Below are positions 27,831 through 42,188 of a stretch of 64,000 bases of DNA, piece after piece (position 1 is the first letter of the stretch; each line of letters begins with the position of its first letter). The stretch is from Eledone cirrhosa (Eukaryota). Below the pieces are notes generated by a model. That model searched no databases, was not told the DNA's origin, and saw nothing but the letters and a program-made list of their open reading frames with translations. The translations under genes and the position numbers were made by a program. Location: the NCBI GenBank assembly GCA_964016885.1, contig OZ024741.1, positions 346,208,001 to 346,272,000 of the forward strand. The letters run 5' to 3'.

Positions 27831-28536
27831 TGAACACAGAGTAAGAACCCCTCCTTATACAGATAATTATTGATGTGATAATTATTGATGCATTTTACTA
27901 CGTTAGGAAATGCCTGCGAGGCGTTCTAAAATAGCTAAGCTTTTCAGACAAAAATGAACGACCAATTAACAAGCAACAGCAGGGAGTATTCGTCCTTTAT
28001 GAAAATATATATATGCCCCCCCCCCCCCCCCCCCATATATACATATATATATATATATCTTCATTGGCAGAGTCTTTAGGACGTCGTATATAGTATTTAA
28101 TGTTATTAGTTCTGGCCATCTGCTTTCTGAGTTCATATCCCGCTGATTTCAACTTTGCCTTTCATCTTTTCAACCTCGTAAGGACGAAATACAAACTTGG
28201 CGGCTGCAGAATTTGAACTCAGAGAGCAGATAACCGGAACGAATACCACAAAGCACGCTATCTGACGTTTTGTCAAAATAACAAGAGCACTATATTTACT
28301 ATATTTACACTCTACTATCCCAAGTGTCGAATAGTCTGCAGAATAATGGTGTTACTAGTTCAAAACTGGTATAATTCTGTTTCTCTTTCTCTCTCTCTCC
28401 CTCTCTCTCTTTCTCTCTTTAAATATGATTTTCATACATATTTATTTATTTGTAGTTACAATACAAATACATATGTACTTCAGCTCTTGAGTACATAATC
28501 ATTCATGCTTACGTGTATTCTTCTGTATCATTAGTA

Positions 28537-28622
<86 letters not shown>

Positions 28623-31600
28623 TAACGGTCGGGGTGCGTGCATGTATGCACGTATGTGCATGAAATAGAGAGAAAGAGACGGTGTATGACTATGTAAATA
28701 TCTCTGCATACACTTAATATGGAAATATATATATATGGAACGACAAAAAATGTCGGCCCGATGGACGGTAACAATATATTGTTTTTTGTTTTTTGGATAT
28801 CTAAATTGTGGTGTCTGTCTCGTCACTGGTGCGTAAAGCCTTTCTTTTTGTTTATCAAAACTTAATTGCTTTTATATATTGATTGCAGGCTTCAGTCCAA
28901 TATAACGACCACAACTTTAAGCTGGTCAGACTACTAACTCCTGTGTCCCATCATTCACTCCGCTAGTTTCACTTTCGATTAACTCATTTTATTTTTTATT
29001 GCTTTTTGGTTTCGTTTTAATGAATGATTTTTGTTATATATTTCCGTTTATTTATATATTTTTCACGTTTGTTTTCATTTTACATGTTAGCTAAATATTT
29101 TTATACTGTCATCTTTTACGATCTTTTGTTCTCTTTATTGTTTATTAATTTCGTCTTTATCGTTTTTTCATCCAAATTATATTTATTTATTTCTTCTTTG
29201 TACATTTCTTGCCATTTCCACATTACTTCCACCATCTATCTCCACTCACATTTTAACTTGCTGATCGCACAACTTTTCTCTTTAATTTCTTTTTGCACAT
29301 TTTCCCCTATATTTCTCATATCTTATTCCCACCGATTTTTTGTTCTTTTAATTCTCTTGTGCTTTTCCTATATCAATTTACTCTACCATTATATTTCAAT
29401 TTTTTTCCGATATTTTTCTTCTTTTTTCTCTGTTCTGTGCATATATTTCTCTCTTATTCTTTTCTTCTTTTCGTCATTATTTGAGGGTGATTTTTCTTTC
29501 TACTTTTCTTACACTTGGTTGATCGCTCTCGAAAACCATCTCGCTATTTCTCTTTCTTATTCTTTCTCTTTCTCTGCCTTTCTTAAATTAAATTCTTATT
29601 TGATGGCTTTCTAACTTACACAAACACACAGGCACATAGAAACACGCACAAGCCCATAGAAATACACACACGCCTATCTCCATACCACTTTCTCAACGTT
29701 AATTTCAATTTTTCATACATTTATATAAATTTCTTTTTTAATTTTAATTTTCTTCACTGTGTCATGTCATTTAACCTTAATGTTAAATTCGCATATTTTA
29801 TATTTCCTCCCCACATTTTTCTTTTCCTTCGTCATTATCTGTTCGTCTCTCTGTTTTCTCTCCCCCATCACAACACTTTCTCACTCGATTTCTCGTGCGT
29901 TTCTTCTTATATATGTTCTTCTAATATATGTTATTGATTTCTTCTCATTTTTTGTGTTTTTGTATTATTTTTTCATCTTCTATTTACTATATATATATAT
30001 TCCTTAAACTTAGTTTCCTCTTATTAGTATTGTTCTTTAGACTCGTACCTACTCTGATGAAGCAGACACGCAATCAGACGTGTTCCTAGCAAGACTATCC
30101 ATTCTTTCTAGCGATACGTAAAAATCCATTACACAATGTGTCATTTCCTTTTTCAAGACCGTGGGATGCAATTTGACGAAATATTGTTTACTATAGCTAG
30201 AAAGTCAAGCAGATACTTAAATGTCTCTTTTTCCTATCAGTGTGTGTTTTCTCCTCCAGTTCGTTCTAAAGTATTGCCTCTTTAATATACACTCATTATT
30301 TGCTATGCTACAACTCTATACATTTCAATCTCTAAATCCTTAAATCATCACCAAGTATTGATTTCAATATTCGTGATATGAGATTATATTCTAGAACGAA
30401 CACCCAATCTCAATCAAATGTCACTATGCCATATGAAAACAATGCAGAATGTCGTATTTCACAATCTAGTCCTAGATACACTGTCTGAAAAAAAAATGGA
30501 ATGGTCCCATCTTTAAATTCAGTTCACCAATGAGCTACTGATGTATAGGAAAATAACAGTCCTTGTGTAATCAAACATGCACTATCGTGTAAACGCGACG
30601 TTTTTACAATGCCAGGGCCGGACTTGCCATATGGTAAATGGTAATAGCTCAATATGAGATGCAGTGATATCAAACTCAGAACAACAGGATCGTGATGCTT
30701 CTTAAATCCTTAGCCATTATATGAATCATGTCGAGAGTAAGCTTTCTGTGGGTTGAGAGTTCTGAGTCTGAGAGATGTAAAGGGAAAACCTTAAATAATA
30801 GCGAGCAGGTTTCAGAAGTGGAGTTAAGTTAAACAGTCGTCAAGAAGGGAAATGACTGAGAACGCTTGCATCTTTGAAAAAAAATAAATAAAAGGAAACA
30901 GAGGCGTGTTAAGAAGCAGAATGAATTGCAAACTATATAATAACGAATATATTCGTGACCAATATATTTTACTAGATAGATCTGGAGGACAGGGCCTTGT
31001 TCTAGCAACTCATAGCTAACCGAGAAAATAGAAATTAATGCTGTTAACATTCCTTCTGAATGTAATTCGATAATTTTAAGAAATGTATTAACAGAAAGAA
31101 ATTTCTGAGAGCAAATGCTCTTAGTTGAAAGATTAAGTACAGATTTAATGGTGACGACTGAACCATGTTTAGTTCTTAAGAAAAATGTTAGTTTTTGAAG
31201 CGAAGGATATGTGTTTGCTTGGAAAGATTCTATAATCAGTGATAGAGAGACCTACATTTTCTAGCAATCAAGATGTATTTTTTGGTAGATTTTGTGAGAT
31301 TTAGGGAGCTGGTGACGGTGGATGTTTTCAGGTTTTCTATGAATGGAGTCTGTGTTGAATATGAGTTATTTTGGGGAATTAAATTTAATGGACGAAAGAA
31401 AGCGGGTATTGCCCGTGTATAAGTTGGCGCGTTTGGAAGTGACACAAGTAGATCATTGAGGTATAGGGTATATCAGTGTTGACCTTGTGGATCAAAGAGT
31501 GATACATCAATACTCACTGAAGGTAGCATATGATCCAAGAGATATGCGGCTTCCAAACCTCATAGGAGCGTTGGCCGTCGTTGATTCGGAAGTCTAACAT

Positions 31601-32089
31601 GCTCGAAAAATTGCTGATGTTGAGGTTAACGACACTGCTATCACGAAATGATACCAGAGCAATTGTTTATTGTGAACGGAAATCTCCATCATATATCGTT
31701 TTTTGAATGCCGTATTCATGACCAAGACCGAGTAACAGAGTTTTAATGTATCAGAAAATGTTCTTCTTAATGTCTGTCTCTATCACTTCTGGATTATGTG
31801 ATTTGAGTGAATCGATATTCGTTTCTTTCAAAGCCTCCAAGATCATTGCAAGAGAGGTGGAATGTTCTACTCTTACTGAATACTTATCCGGGATGCTTAC
31901 AAACAGGGTGATGAGGTTAATCTAAGTGCCAAATTAAGTCTTCGTTTCCTCAAGATCAATAATATCATTTGACGGATTTCCACAATATTTCCATCTTGTA
32001 AAACGTAGGTCGACCAGAGCCTACGGTCGAAACTCTTCCCGCAGTAGCTATGACTATAAATTGCCGTATTTGCCAAGTGACCTCAGCAG

Positions 32090-32405
32090 CACAACCACCA
32101 CCATTAGCACCAACATCATCACCACCACCACCACCACCACCACCACCATCAACAACAACAACACCACCACCACCACCACAATCACCACCACCACCAACAA
32201 CACCAATACCACCACGACCATCACCACAGCCACTACCACCAGCAACACCACCACCACCACCATCACCACGACCACCACCAACAACAACAACAACAACACA
32301 ACCACCTCAAGCACCACCACCATCACCACCAACAACAATAACAATACAACCACCACCACCACCACCACCACAACCATCACCACCACCACCAACACCACCA
32401 CCATT
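32090..32405. repeat. (CCA/CAA)n degenerate trinucleotide tract
   Basis: Directly visible. Confidence 0.9.
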
Positions 32406-32806
32406 ATGAAGAGATCTGCAATGTTGTTACCATTGCTTTACATCCACTGTCATCCAATGGACTGAGCATCCGCCAATAGTAGAGTGTAGAGTTAACGGAT
32501 ATTTACTGATCAATCATTAAGCAATTAATCATATTATTTAGGAAATTGTGTTCGTATCCACATTCTAAACAAATGCAACTATGTAAACACCTGTTTTCTC
32601 TTGTTGTTTTTTAGATCATAGCTTTTCTTTTCTTTTAATACAACAATATATTTGAATAAATTAATCTATTATTAAGCTGGGATTGTTCAGAGAATGCATT
32701 GTTGAAATATATTTATTTAATGTAAACGTGGACAGTGGCTAGATTGAATATAATAATTAGAAAGGTTAATAGACTGAGATTGAGATTGAGAGAGAGAGAG
32801 AGAGAA

Positions 32807-32874
<68 letters not shown>

Positions 32875-32986
32875 GGGACAAACTAATAAATATTGAAATT
32901 TTGAGAGTAGGGAAAAAGCGAAAGCAAATGACATAAATCACACATAGATACACATTAATACACACATATATATATATTTATAAATT

Positions 32987-33019
<33 letters not shown>

Positions 33020-33556
33020 GTATATATATATATATGTATGTATATATGTATATATATTTATATGTATGTAGGTAGAGAGACATAAAAATGTTTAGTTAGG
33101 AAGAGAGATATATAATAAGACAGATATACACAGAGAGAGAACGAGAAAAAAAAAAATATAGAGAGAGAGAAGGGGTAAGAAACTGAAAGAGGAAGGAAAA
33201 GATAGGCAACTGATTACATTTTGTCATTTTTTATGTCTTATCAATCCTATGTTGAGGAGAACGTTGAATAAAGAAAAGTTTGAATGGAATATAAAAAAAA
33301 AATACATTCGTTGCATAAAAGTGATTTCTATTTAATTAGTGAGATCTATTAATTAGTAATTACATTGTTATGCTATTGATTATAATGAATATTGCAGTCT
33401 TAGAATGTGGAAGTTTGTACAGTTATGTATGATCGTATGTGTTTTATGTGTGTATGTATGTATCTGTGTGTGTGTGTGTGTGTCTTCTCTATATGTGTGA
33501 TGCTGTGAGTGACTACATGTGTGTGCGTTGCCATGAGTGAGTTTGCACAAGTATGA

Positions 33557-33633
<77 letters not shown>

Positions 33634-33974
33634 CTTGCATTTGTGTGTCTGATGGGATTTAAGAACGTACGGGTTCATTCCTTCCTAATTACTCTGTTCT
33701 ATAATCTATTTAACTCTGTTCTGGTGAAGAAGTCCGGATTAGCGATAACTCTACCTACCATTTATTAAAACCAAACGACACATCTTCTGCAGGAAGATGA
33801 CACTTACGTATGACCTGCTAGAAATAGCATCCACATTTCAAATCCCGCTAAGGTTAGCTTTGCTTTTCATCGTTACGGATAAAATAAAACACCACTAACG
33901 TACTGGGGTCGATTTAATTACTGGCATTGTGCCTGTACTAGAAATCATTATTATTATCATTATCTTTATTATTA

Positions 33975-34233
33975 TTCTTTGAGTCTCAGTCATTGATGTT
34001 ATTTAACTGGAAAGTTTGTTCAAATGCTACCTGCTGCCTCAGATATTCTGAACGTATCGGAGGGTTTTTGCTGTTCCCAGCAAGCATGCATTTTGAAGTG
34101 TTCCAAAAAAGGTGGCTGGACAAATATTCTTTAACTATCCTTGAAAACTCTTTGAGATAGTACCTAGTGGTCCTATAACAATCGGGACGACCTTGATCTC
34201 ATAACAGTCCCAAATCCTTTTTAACTCCCACTT
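33975..34233 (-). mobile_element. R4/Dong LINE 3' fragment (same family as 46866-48533)
   Basis: LKWELKRIWDCYEIKVVPIVIGPLGTISKSFQG. The 3' UTR matches 48455-48530, the fragment ends in an ATT-rich tract, and SINE pieces flank it. Confidence 0.85.
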
Positions 34234-34599
34234 TAAAGTACCAGTAATGCACTGGAATAATTGCTGGCCTTGTGCCAAAAGTAGAAAAAAATATAATTCT
34301 TCTCGGACAGCGCTCACTTACAGTGAACCGATGATGAGTTGTAATCTAAAGGAAATTTGAACGTTAATTCCCGCATATTCAATAATTACATCGATGCTCA
34401 TTCTTTCGGGTAAATTCTTCCTTTTGCTGATTCTAATGTCACTGTTTATCTGCAGGTAGATCTGACCCAGCATAGCTATGAATAAACACCACCCGCTTGT
34501 GATCCACTTAACTATATTTACTCAAAACAAAATATCATTATACTGTCCACTGTGTTCCACATTTTGTAAGACGGTAGGTGGTGATTTGAATGAAATTGA

Positions 34600-35700
34600 G
34601 TGAACATTCGAAGCACCTTGGTAATCAGCACCAAGGAGAATCTCATTTGACGTCAAATAATCATGATAAAATCCATCTTAGTTTTTATATCCTTTTTTAC
34701 CTCTACCAGATTTCAATATTTCTGAACTGATACCATCGATACCGGGAGATTTATTGTTATTTAACTTCTTCACAGTTGCAGTGATGTCATCTACTAAGGA
34801 CTCCGAAGACATTTACTCGATGACAGGAAGGTCCATTTTCTCAAGTATGTCCATATTCACATGTGATAGCATGTTAAGGAGATCAGAGTAGTGTTGCACC
34901 CAACGTTTCTGTGACGTCAATCAAAGCTGCTTTGCGAATTAATATATAGTCAATAAAGTTCCACCGCTTAGACCTGGGGTGCATCCATGTGTATATATTT
35001 CTCTTTTAACTTGCAGACGGGATTTGGCATAGCCAGCTTCATGTCCTGTTCGGTACAGGATGTGAGAAAAAATAGTCAACTTTCTTGCATTTTCTAATGT
35101 CACACTTCCACAGAACAGGACACTTTGCATTCTCTAATCCCACTCTAGTATCAAGGTCACATTTCAGAGCAGATTCCCAAGATCTTGATAACGTTTGTCA
35201 ATACTTTCAATGGAATGTGACTTTTTAGGTGCGAAAACACTCTCAATTGTTAGGAATTTATCATTTGGATGGAACCGAAAATATATAATGCGTTCAGATA
35301 CATTACTTGGAAATTTTGGGATGCAGTGTAGGGTTGAGGTCTGAATTTCAAAACCAAGACCGGAATCTCATCTTCGGCCTTCAGTAAAATCTTTCCAAAA
35401 GAAAGTATAACTTAATGGCTTTTCAATAAGTTTGTCAACACCAGATAGACGTGTTTCAGATAATGCAATGACCTCAAAATAGCATATTTACCAATTTCCT
35501 TTGCAATTAATGCTGTGCGAAGCTCTGCTCTATCATATTTATTGTTGTCAAAGATAGAACGTTCATTCTACCAAGCAAACGTCATACACACCCTACGTTT
35601 CTTTTGGGGCTGATTGGTTGTGTTTCTCACAGAAGAAGGTTGCAGATCGGACCCATTCAAGGGCACCTGCTGGGCCGTACCTGGTCACAAGAATATCCCA
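34600..35700 (-). pseudogene. Decayed, internally deleted RTE-clade LINE (APE endonuclease and RT start)
   Basis: Minus-strand remnants RTALIAKEIGKY..VIALSETRL..YTFFW..GLGF, RWVQHYSDLLN and KLNNNKSPGIDGISSEILK. Confidence 0.75.
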
Positions 35701-36185
35701 AGTCCGTTCTATCATTGATTAAGATTGTGTGAAACATTTCAATTAAAATTATGGCTGCAATTTTAGGTTACTGCTAGCCTATTGTTACGATCTTAAATAA
35801 CGAGGAATGTGAACAAGAAGTACCTGTGCGAAATACTAAAGTAGATGTAGCTTGCAAAGCATAACCTCCACTTTTTGGTGAATTTCATTGTCATTCATGT
35901 GACAAATAGTATGACAAACCTTGAGACTTCATGAATCTCAGCTTTTACATTGGAGTTTCCATTGTGCTAGGTAGAAACCTAACAAACATTTTAACGCTAT
36001 TACCGGCTCATAAGGTTAAAGTTTAAAAGATTTAAAAATTAAAATGTTAAAAGGTAAATAAAATGAAATCATATTTGAAAAGATATACACATATGAATAT
36101 ACAAAAAAGTATAAAAGTATGTACATATGTATACATTTGATTGGATGGGCGTTGACTTTCCTTAGTTCCTCCGCCCTTTTCCTTC

Positions 36186-36238
<53 letters not shown>

Positions 36239-36576
36239 TACATACATATTTACATATATATATGTATGCATGTATGTATCAAACATTTTTTTCGATTTAG
36301 TTATGCTGGTTGTCGTTCGTTGTTGTTATATACTACAGCTGGCATACACTAGTCTATATATTATTAACGGTGTTTCACTTGAATATCGTTATGAGTCCAC
36401 TGTGATGTAGGAAATTAATTCATTTCTCGCATCAATCAGTGTATCAGGACTGCCTGAGGTAATTCGACATGTACTATCGTGATACATCTACTACTTCGAT
36501 ATAACACAGTAAATTATATCTAACGAACTATCCCACTCTCTCTCCCAGTCCCCCTCTCTCTCCCAATCCCCCCTCG

Positions 36577-36643
<67 letters not shown>

Positions 36644-36800
36644 AATTAGTAAATTTGTATTCCAATGTTACTAAGTAGTTGCATTGGATGGGGTCAACCG
36701 ACGTCTGAGATTGCTCAACGTATAATAACGTGTTTTAAAATCCGGAGAAAATATGAAGAAGAAGTTTAGGAAATGGAAATGCGGGTATACAGAATTTATT

Positions 36801-36917
36801 AGGTAACAATTGTTTCTATAGTGTATGGGTTACCTATACCTCGCTATTTGAATAATATAAAAATATTATCATAAACCGAAGGTACACTGTAAGCAAACAC
36901 ACCATGTCATCAGACCT
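36801..36917 (-). ncRNA. Hammerhead with ~90-nt stem II (inverted pLTR copy)
   Basis: Reverse complement: aggt CTGATGA [long hairpin] GAAA caattg TT acct. Confidence 0.7.
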
Positions 36918-38834
36918 TTGTATTGTAATGATATGAAAATATTTTATACACTAGATAAAAGATAAAGAAGGAGGTAGGAAGAGATGGGGAAGAGGGAAGT
37001 GAGTAAGGTGGAGGGAGTCTTAGGATTTAAGACTGTCAGACTAGTAGAGATTGCGAGGAGAGAATGTTTTGGCAGCAGTTAGCTTAATGAGGCGTGTTAG
37101 GGTTGGCGGGGAAGTAAATTCTTCTAGTGGTGTTGTTCGGACAAAATTTAGTTAAAGGGGTCAAAGTGGTACAGTGTCACAGACAGGTTATTAGGGCTAT
37201 TATAGTAGCAGGTTATTTCTAAAAGGGTCAAACAAAACCTAGAAAGGCGACGTAAAAACATTAGGAAACTTTTCTTAGAACTAGGGCTTAATATTACCTT
37301 CGAACACCATCTTAAGGTGGTCAACTTCTTGGATGTCACCTTCAACCTTAATAACGGTAATATAGAGCCATTTCACAAACTTAATGAAAATCTCAAGTAC
37401 GTTAATGTAAAATCGATCTACCCTCATTCCATTATTAAATCTATCCCTAAAAATATATCCATAAGGAACTCCCGACTGTCGTCTAATTTGCAGACCTTCA
37501 ACGAGCATGCTGAATATTATAATGACGCACTTAGAAAAGCTGGTTACTGCGAGAAAATAGAATATCTAGACGATAACCACATAAGTACTATGAATAAAAC
37601 ACACCTAAGTCGAACTAGTATTGCACCACACACACACATCAATAGGCATACTAATAGGTGCAAACCAGCAAATAGGGTCAGACGTAGAGAGTACATATGG
37701 TATAACCCAGTGTACAATTCTTCTATTAGCACTAAGATTATCTCACAATTCTATACACTAATCAATAAACACTTTACAACTTCACATAAATACTCTAAAA
37801 TCTTTAACTCGCGCACCATTAGACTCTCATACTCCACTGCACCTAACATAGAACAACTAATTAAAAAACTCAACTCAGCAATACTAAATAAGTACATCCC
37901 AAATGACTCAGCGCACCAGCATAGCAACATACAACGCACTAACACGCAACTACAACCCCACCAAACTATCCAGGATTCTACTGCAAAACATAAAAATAAT
38001 TGTAACTGCACCAAACCAGGTACGTGCCCACTGAATAACCAGTGCCTAGCACGCAATATTGTCTACCGATGTACAATAAATTCCGGAACCAACAAATGGT
38101 ATTACGTCGGATGTACCGCAACTTCTTTCAAGGCTCGCCTATACCACATCGATCTTCAATCAGGCACGAGAAAATGCGCTCCGTAACAACCCTCGCCGAT
38201 AAAGCCTGGCAGCTTCGGAGGAACAATCAAACGTTCTCCCTTGATTGGCAAATTATTGCAGCTGCGCCTGCATATCAGCAAAATCATCGATTCTGCAAGT
38301 TATGCTATTTAGAGATATACTGCATTTTAACGTCGGTAAACAAACTTTTGAACAGCAAAATTGAACGTTCTCTATACTGTAACCATCGTTTAAACACGAC
38401 TTTTTCGTTTTTTAAATGCATATAAGGTTAACTTTTACACCACCGTTTGCAAATTTCTGTTTTATATGTTTATACACAAGATATGGCTTTCTATAATAAT
38501 AGTAATAAACACTGTTTTTCTGGACCCTTTTAGAAATAACCTGCTACTATAATAGCCCTAATAACCTGTCTGTGACACTGTACCACTTTGACCCCTTTAA
38601 CTAAATTTTGTCCGAACAACACCACTAGAAGAATTTACTTCCCCGCCAACCCTAACACGCCTCATTAAGCTAACTGCTGCCAAAACATTCTCTCCTCGCA
38701 ATCTCTACTAGTCTGACAGTCTTAAATCCTAAGACTCCCTCCACCTTACTCACTTCCCTCTTCCCCATCTCTTCCTACCTCCTTCTTTATCTTTTATCTA
38801 GTGTATAAAATATTTTCATATCATTACAATACAA

Positions 38835-38951
38835 AGGTCTGATGACTTGGTGTGTTTGCTTACAGTGTACCTTCGGTTTATGATAATATTTTTATATTAT
38901 TCAAATAGCGAGGTATAGGTAACCCATACACTATTGAAACAATTGTTACCT
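38835..38951 (+). ncRNA. Hammerhead with ~90-nt stem II
   Basis: aggt CTGATGA cttggtgtgt..taccttcg..ataatat tttt atattat..cgaggtat..atacactatt GAAA caattg TT acct. Confidence 0.7.
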
Positions 38952-38993
38952 AATAAATTCTGTATACCCGCATTTCCATTTCGTAAACTTCTT

Positions 38994-39043
<50 letters not shown>

Positions 39044-39562
39044 TTATAATGTATCATTATATATATATGTGTCTGAGTGTCTGTTTATGTGTGTATGTGT
39101 ACGTTCAGTGATGGATATGTGCTTCACATACCTAAACCAATGAATTAGTCCTAAATATGGAAGTTAGAATGTTTAGAATAAAATAAATCAGTCAGTTTCA
39201 GTTTTATTTTTTTATTTACACATTTTTAATTTCACAATCAGATAAATTTTTAGAATTTAATCAAACGTAGCTTTTCCTGGCAGAGTTTTGGAATTCTTCC
39301 AAATGTAAGTTTACATGAACTATTGAAATTAACGCCAATAATATTGTGGTTATATATATATTTCAATGTATACTGTCAAACTGCATTTTAATAATATAAG
39401 TATTGCTATTTTTAGTAATGTGCATGAAAAAATTCCGTATACATGAATGCAAGTTTACAAATATGCAGGCTGGAAAAGACCCGCAAGTACACCAATAGGC
39501 ACATATATTTGCTTACGATTACTGAAACTATCACACATACACACAGAGATAAAATATACAAG

Positions 39563-39750
39563 TATCTATATAATATTAAAAGTCTGTGATTGCTTGCTTG
39601 CTTGCTTGTCTGTAATTTAATACAGCCAAAAAGGCACTTAATGGGAAAATACTTTGAAAGGAAGTTTTCCCTGAAATGGGAATACAAATGGAATCAAACA
39701 ATCGGAGAACAGGTTCCCGAGATATGGGGTTTTTTCCGGGTACCTTCATA
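39563..39750 (+). repeat. Dispersed repeat, possibly a non-autonomous Helitron-type 5' portion
   Basis: Begins TCTATATAATATTAAAAG followed by (GCTT)n. Homologous to 44397-44580 (ctttgaaaggaagtt..ccctgaaatg.gaatacaaa). Confidence 0.4.
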
Positions 39751-40075
39751 AACAAAGGAGAGAAAGATAGTGGTTGTGACAGATTTGATTGAAAGAAAGA
39801 CATAGAGAGAGGGAGAGAGAGAGAGAGAGAGAAGGAGAATGCAAGAGAGCTGTTGGTGTTGTTGAGTGTATATATATATATATATATGAGTGTATGTGTA
39901 TATATATATATGTGTGTGTGTGGGTGTGTGTATATATGACCTTCATCAATAGTGCGAGAATGAAAGAGAGAAAGAAAGAGACAGTGGATGTGAGAGATTA
40001 GATTGAAAGAGAGACCTAGAGAGAGAGAGAGACGGTGACAGAGATGAATAATAGAAGAGAAAGAGAGAGAGAGAA

Positions 40076-40150
<75 letters not shown>

Positions 40151-40434
40151 TGGTGGTGTTTTTGAAAGAAATTATAACTGACTTCAGAGAATCGAATTCA
40201 GCATTACTGTATCTAACTCGAATTTGGGGACTGAATATTATGTTACATGTATCATATAACTTGTGTTAGGCCAAGATGTGTGTCGCAAATATTTCCTGCT
40301 AAATAGGAAGGGTTTCTAAGTGTGTGTGTGTACATGTGTGTGTGTCTGTGACCAGTGTATATAAGTCATAGGCACCCACATACACACACACACACACACA
40401 CACATTGTGATTATATATATATAAAACAACGAAT

Positions 40435-41365
40435 ATTCTCCCGCTCTCTATATCCCACTACATATCGCACTCTCGCTCACAATGCCCCCTCTCTCACTAG
40501 ACCACCACATTCTCTCCACCTCTCTATATTGCACAACCTCCTTCCCTCTCTCTCGCTCTCACAATACACCCTCTCTCACTAGGCCAATAAACTCCCACCA
40601 CTCTCTATATCCCACTACATACCTCACACTCTGTCACAATGCACCCTCTCTCACTATACCATCAAATTCTCTCCCCGTCTTTATTTTCCACTACATACCT
40701 CACTCTCTTAACTACCCGTCTCCCACTAGGCTAATAAACTCTCACCTTTCTCAATAGCCTAATAAAATCTCACCTCTCTCACTAGGTTAATAACTCTTAC
40801 CCGTTTCTATATTTCACTACACACCTCACTCATTCTTAAATTCCCCCGCTCTATATTCCACTACACATCTAATCTTCATTCACTCTCTTAATCCCCCTCT
40901 CTTACTGAACCAACAAATTCTCTCCCCGTCCCTATATCACACCACATACCACACACTCTCTCAAAATTCCCCTCTCTTATTAGAACACCAAATTATCTCC
41001 CCCTTTTTATATTACACTACATACCTCACTCTCTTTCACTCTCTTAACTCCCCCTCTCTCACTAGGCTAATAAACGCTTACCCCTCTATATAAACCTCTA
41101 CATGCCTCACTCTCTCCAACAATTCCCCCTCTCTATATTCCACTACATACTTCAATTTCTTAATTCCTCCTCTCTCACTAAAACAACAATCCTCTCCCGC
41201 TATCCACTGCATTCCCCACTCTCTCACAATTCACCCTCTCTCACGAGACCACCAAATTCTTTCCACCTCTCTATATTGCACTACATACCTCACTCTCTCT
41301 TTCACGCTCACAATACCCTCTTATTAGACCAGTACATTCTCTGTCCCTCTCTATATCCCACTACA
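40435..41365. repeat. Degenerate ~70-bp minisatellite (about 12-13 units)
   Basis: Repeating ctctctatat.ccactacatacctcactctct..aat.ccccctctctcactag unit. Confidence 0.8.
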
Positions 41366-41647
41366 ATATGTTTTACTTTGAAACAACAAATGTTTTCATC
41401 TTATGTGAAGAACAACAACGTTCTCCATCCCGTCATCCAGCTTTTGAACACCTGGGTCCTCTGGAGATCTTTCAATTTTGTGGTGGTGTGCTTTTGTCGA
41501 ATTATTTGCCTGGAATCTATAATATTTAATGGTGGAAGGTGTTGGTGATGTGGTGGTGTAGGGTGTAGTGGTAGTAGTGGTGGTGGTGTAGTGGTAGTGG
41601 GGGGGGGTTATTTTGAATGTATGTATGTATGTATGTATGTATGTATG

Positions 41648-41677
<30 letters not shown>

Positions 41678-41680
<3 letters not shown>

Positions 41681-42188
41681 GCCTGTGCTGTGAAGCTTTT
41701 ATAGTGAGCAAAGGCACTGCACAAAGCCAGTCCCACTCTCTTAACCAAGATGATATTTACCAAAAAGAAGAACAAGACAACATCATTGGATACCATCAGG
41801 GTTGCAGGTGTTATATCAGAGTTTTCCTTCTCCTAGAATTCTGCCTTGACAAAGGCTAAGGGGTCATTTCTCCCGGTGATTTTGGATGGCTATTGACTCT
41901 TAAGAGCTCCCTTGCCCTTTGACAGGTTTTGTTTTTAGTCCTGCAGGATGTCCAAAGTCACCCTCCTCACCAAGAAACCTTGGTGGGGTAGCCAGTTTAG
42001 TCGCCAACGATCCGACCATGAGTATTGTACCATATTGTACCATATTGTACCATATTGTACCATATTGTACCAGAGTTTTCAAGTTGCTGGCTGGACTAAA
42101 AAGTCACATTCGTTCAGCGCATCGGTAGGGGTTCTCCTACATGGATATAAAGTAGTGGCCGTACTCGAAAACGAGTTGGCAGCCACCA
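41678..42188 (+). mobile_element. Non-autonomous RTE-derived element with 5' inversion
   Basis: 41678-42022 is the reverse complement of ~43813-44158. It is followed by (tattgtacca)x5 and then a sense 3' end matching 44247-44370. Confidence 0.85.

Larger units (their letters stand above)
36640..38996 (+). mobile_element. Naiad-type Penelope-like element (family B) with 5' inverted pLTR
   Basis: ORF 37317-38186 plus frameshifted 38170-38425 (VNFLDVTFNL, WYNPVYN, CNC..CPL..CL..IVY..YVG..FKAR). The segment 36756-37229 is the inverted copy of 38523-38996. Confidence 0.92.

Noticed and set aside
29024-29614. 196-aa hydrophobic ORF resembling a membrane protein
   Set aside because: T-rich low-complexity sequence. 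The F/L/I/S/Y bias is compositional.
30400-32000. Possible decayed PLE 5' region on the minus strand (LNLTKS..KCRSL resembling NLS..KGLSF)
   Set aside because: Similarity is too weak to support without a profile search.
32050-32465. Pro-, Thr- and Val-rich ORFs resembling extensin or mucin
   Set aside because: Open in several frames because of a (CCA/CAA)n repeat. No splice or domain support.
42023-42072. Short direct repeats (tattgtacca x5) and other arrays as CRISPR-like
   Set aside because: No unique spacers, no cas genes, and a eukaryotic context.
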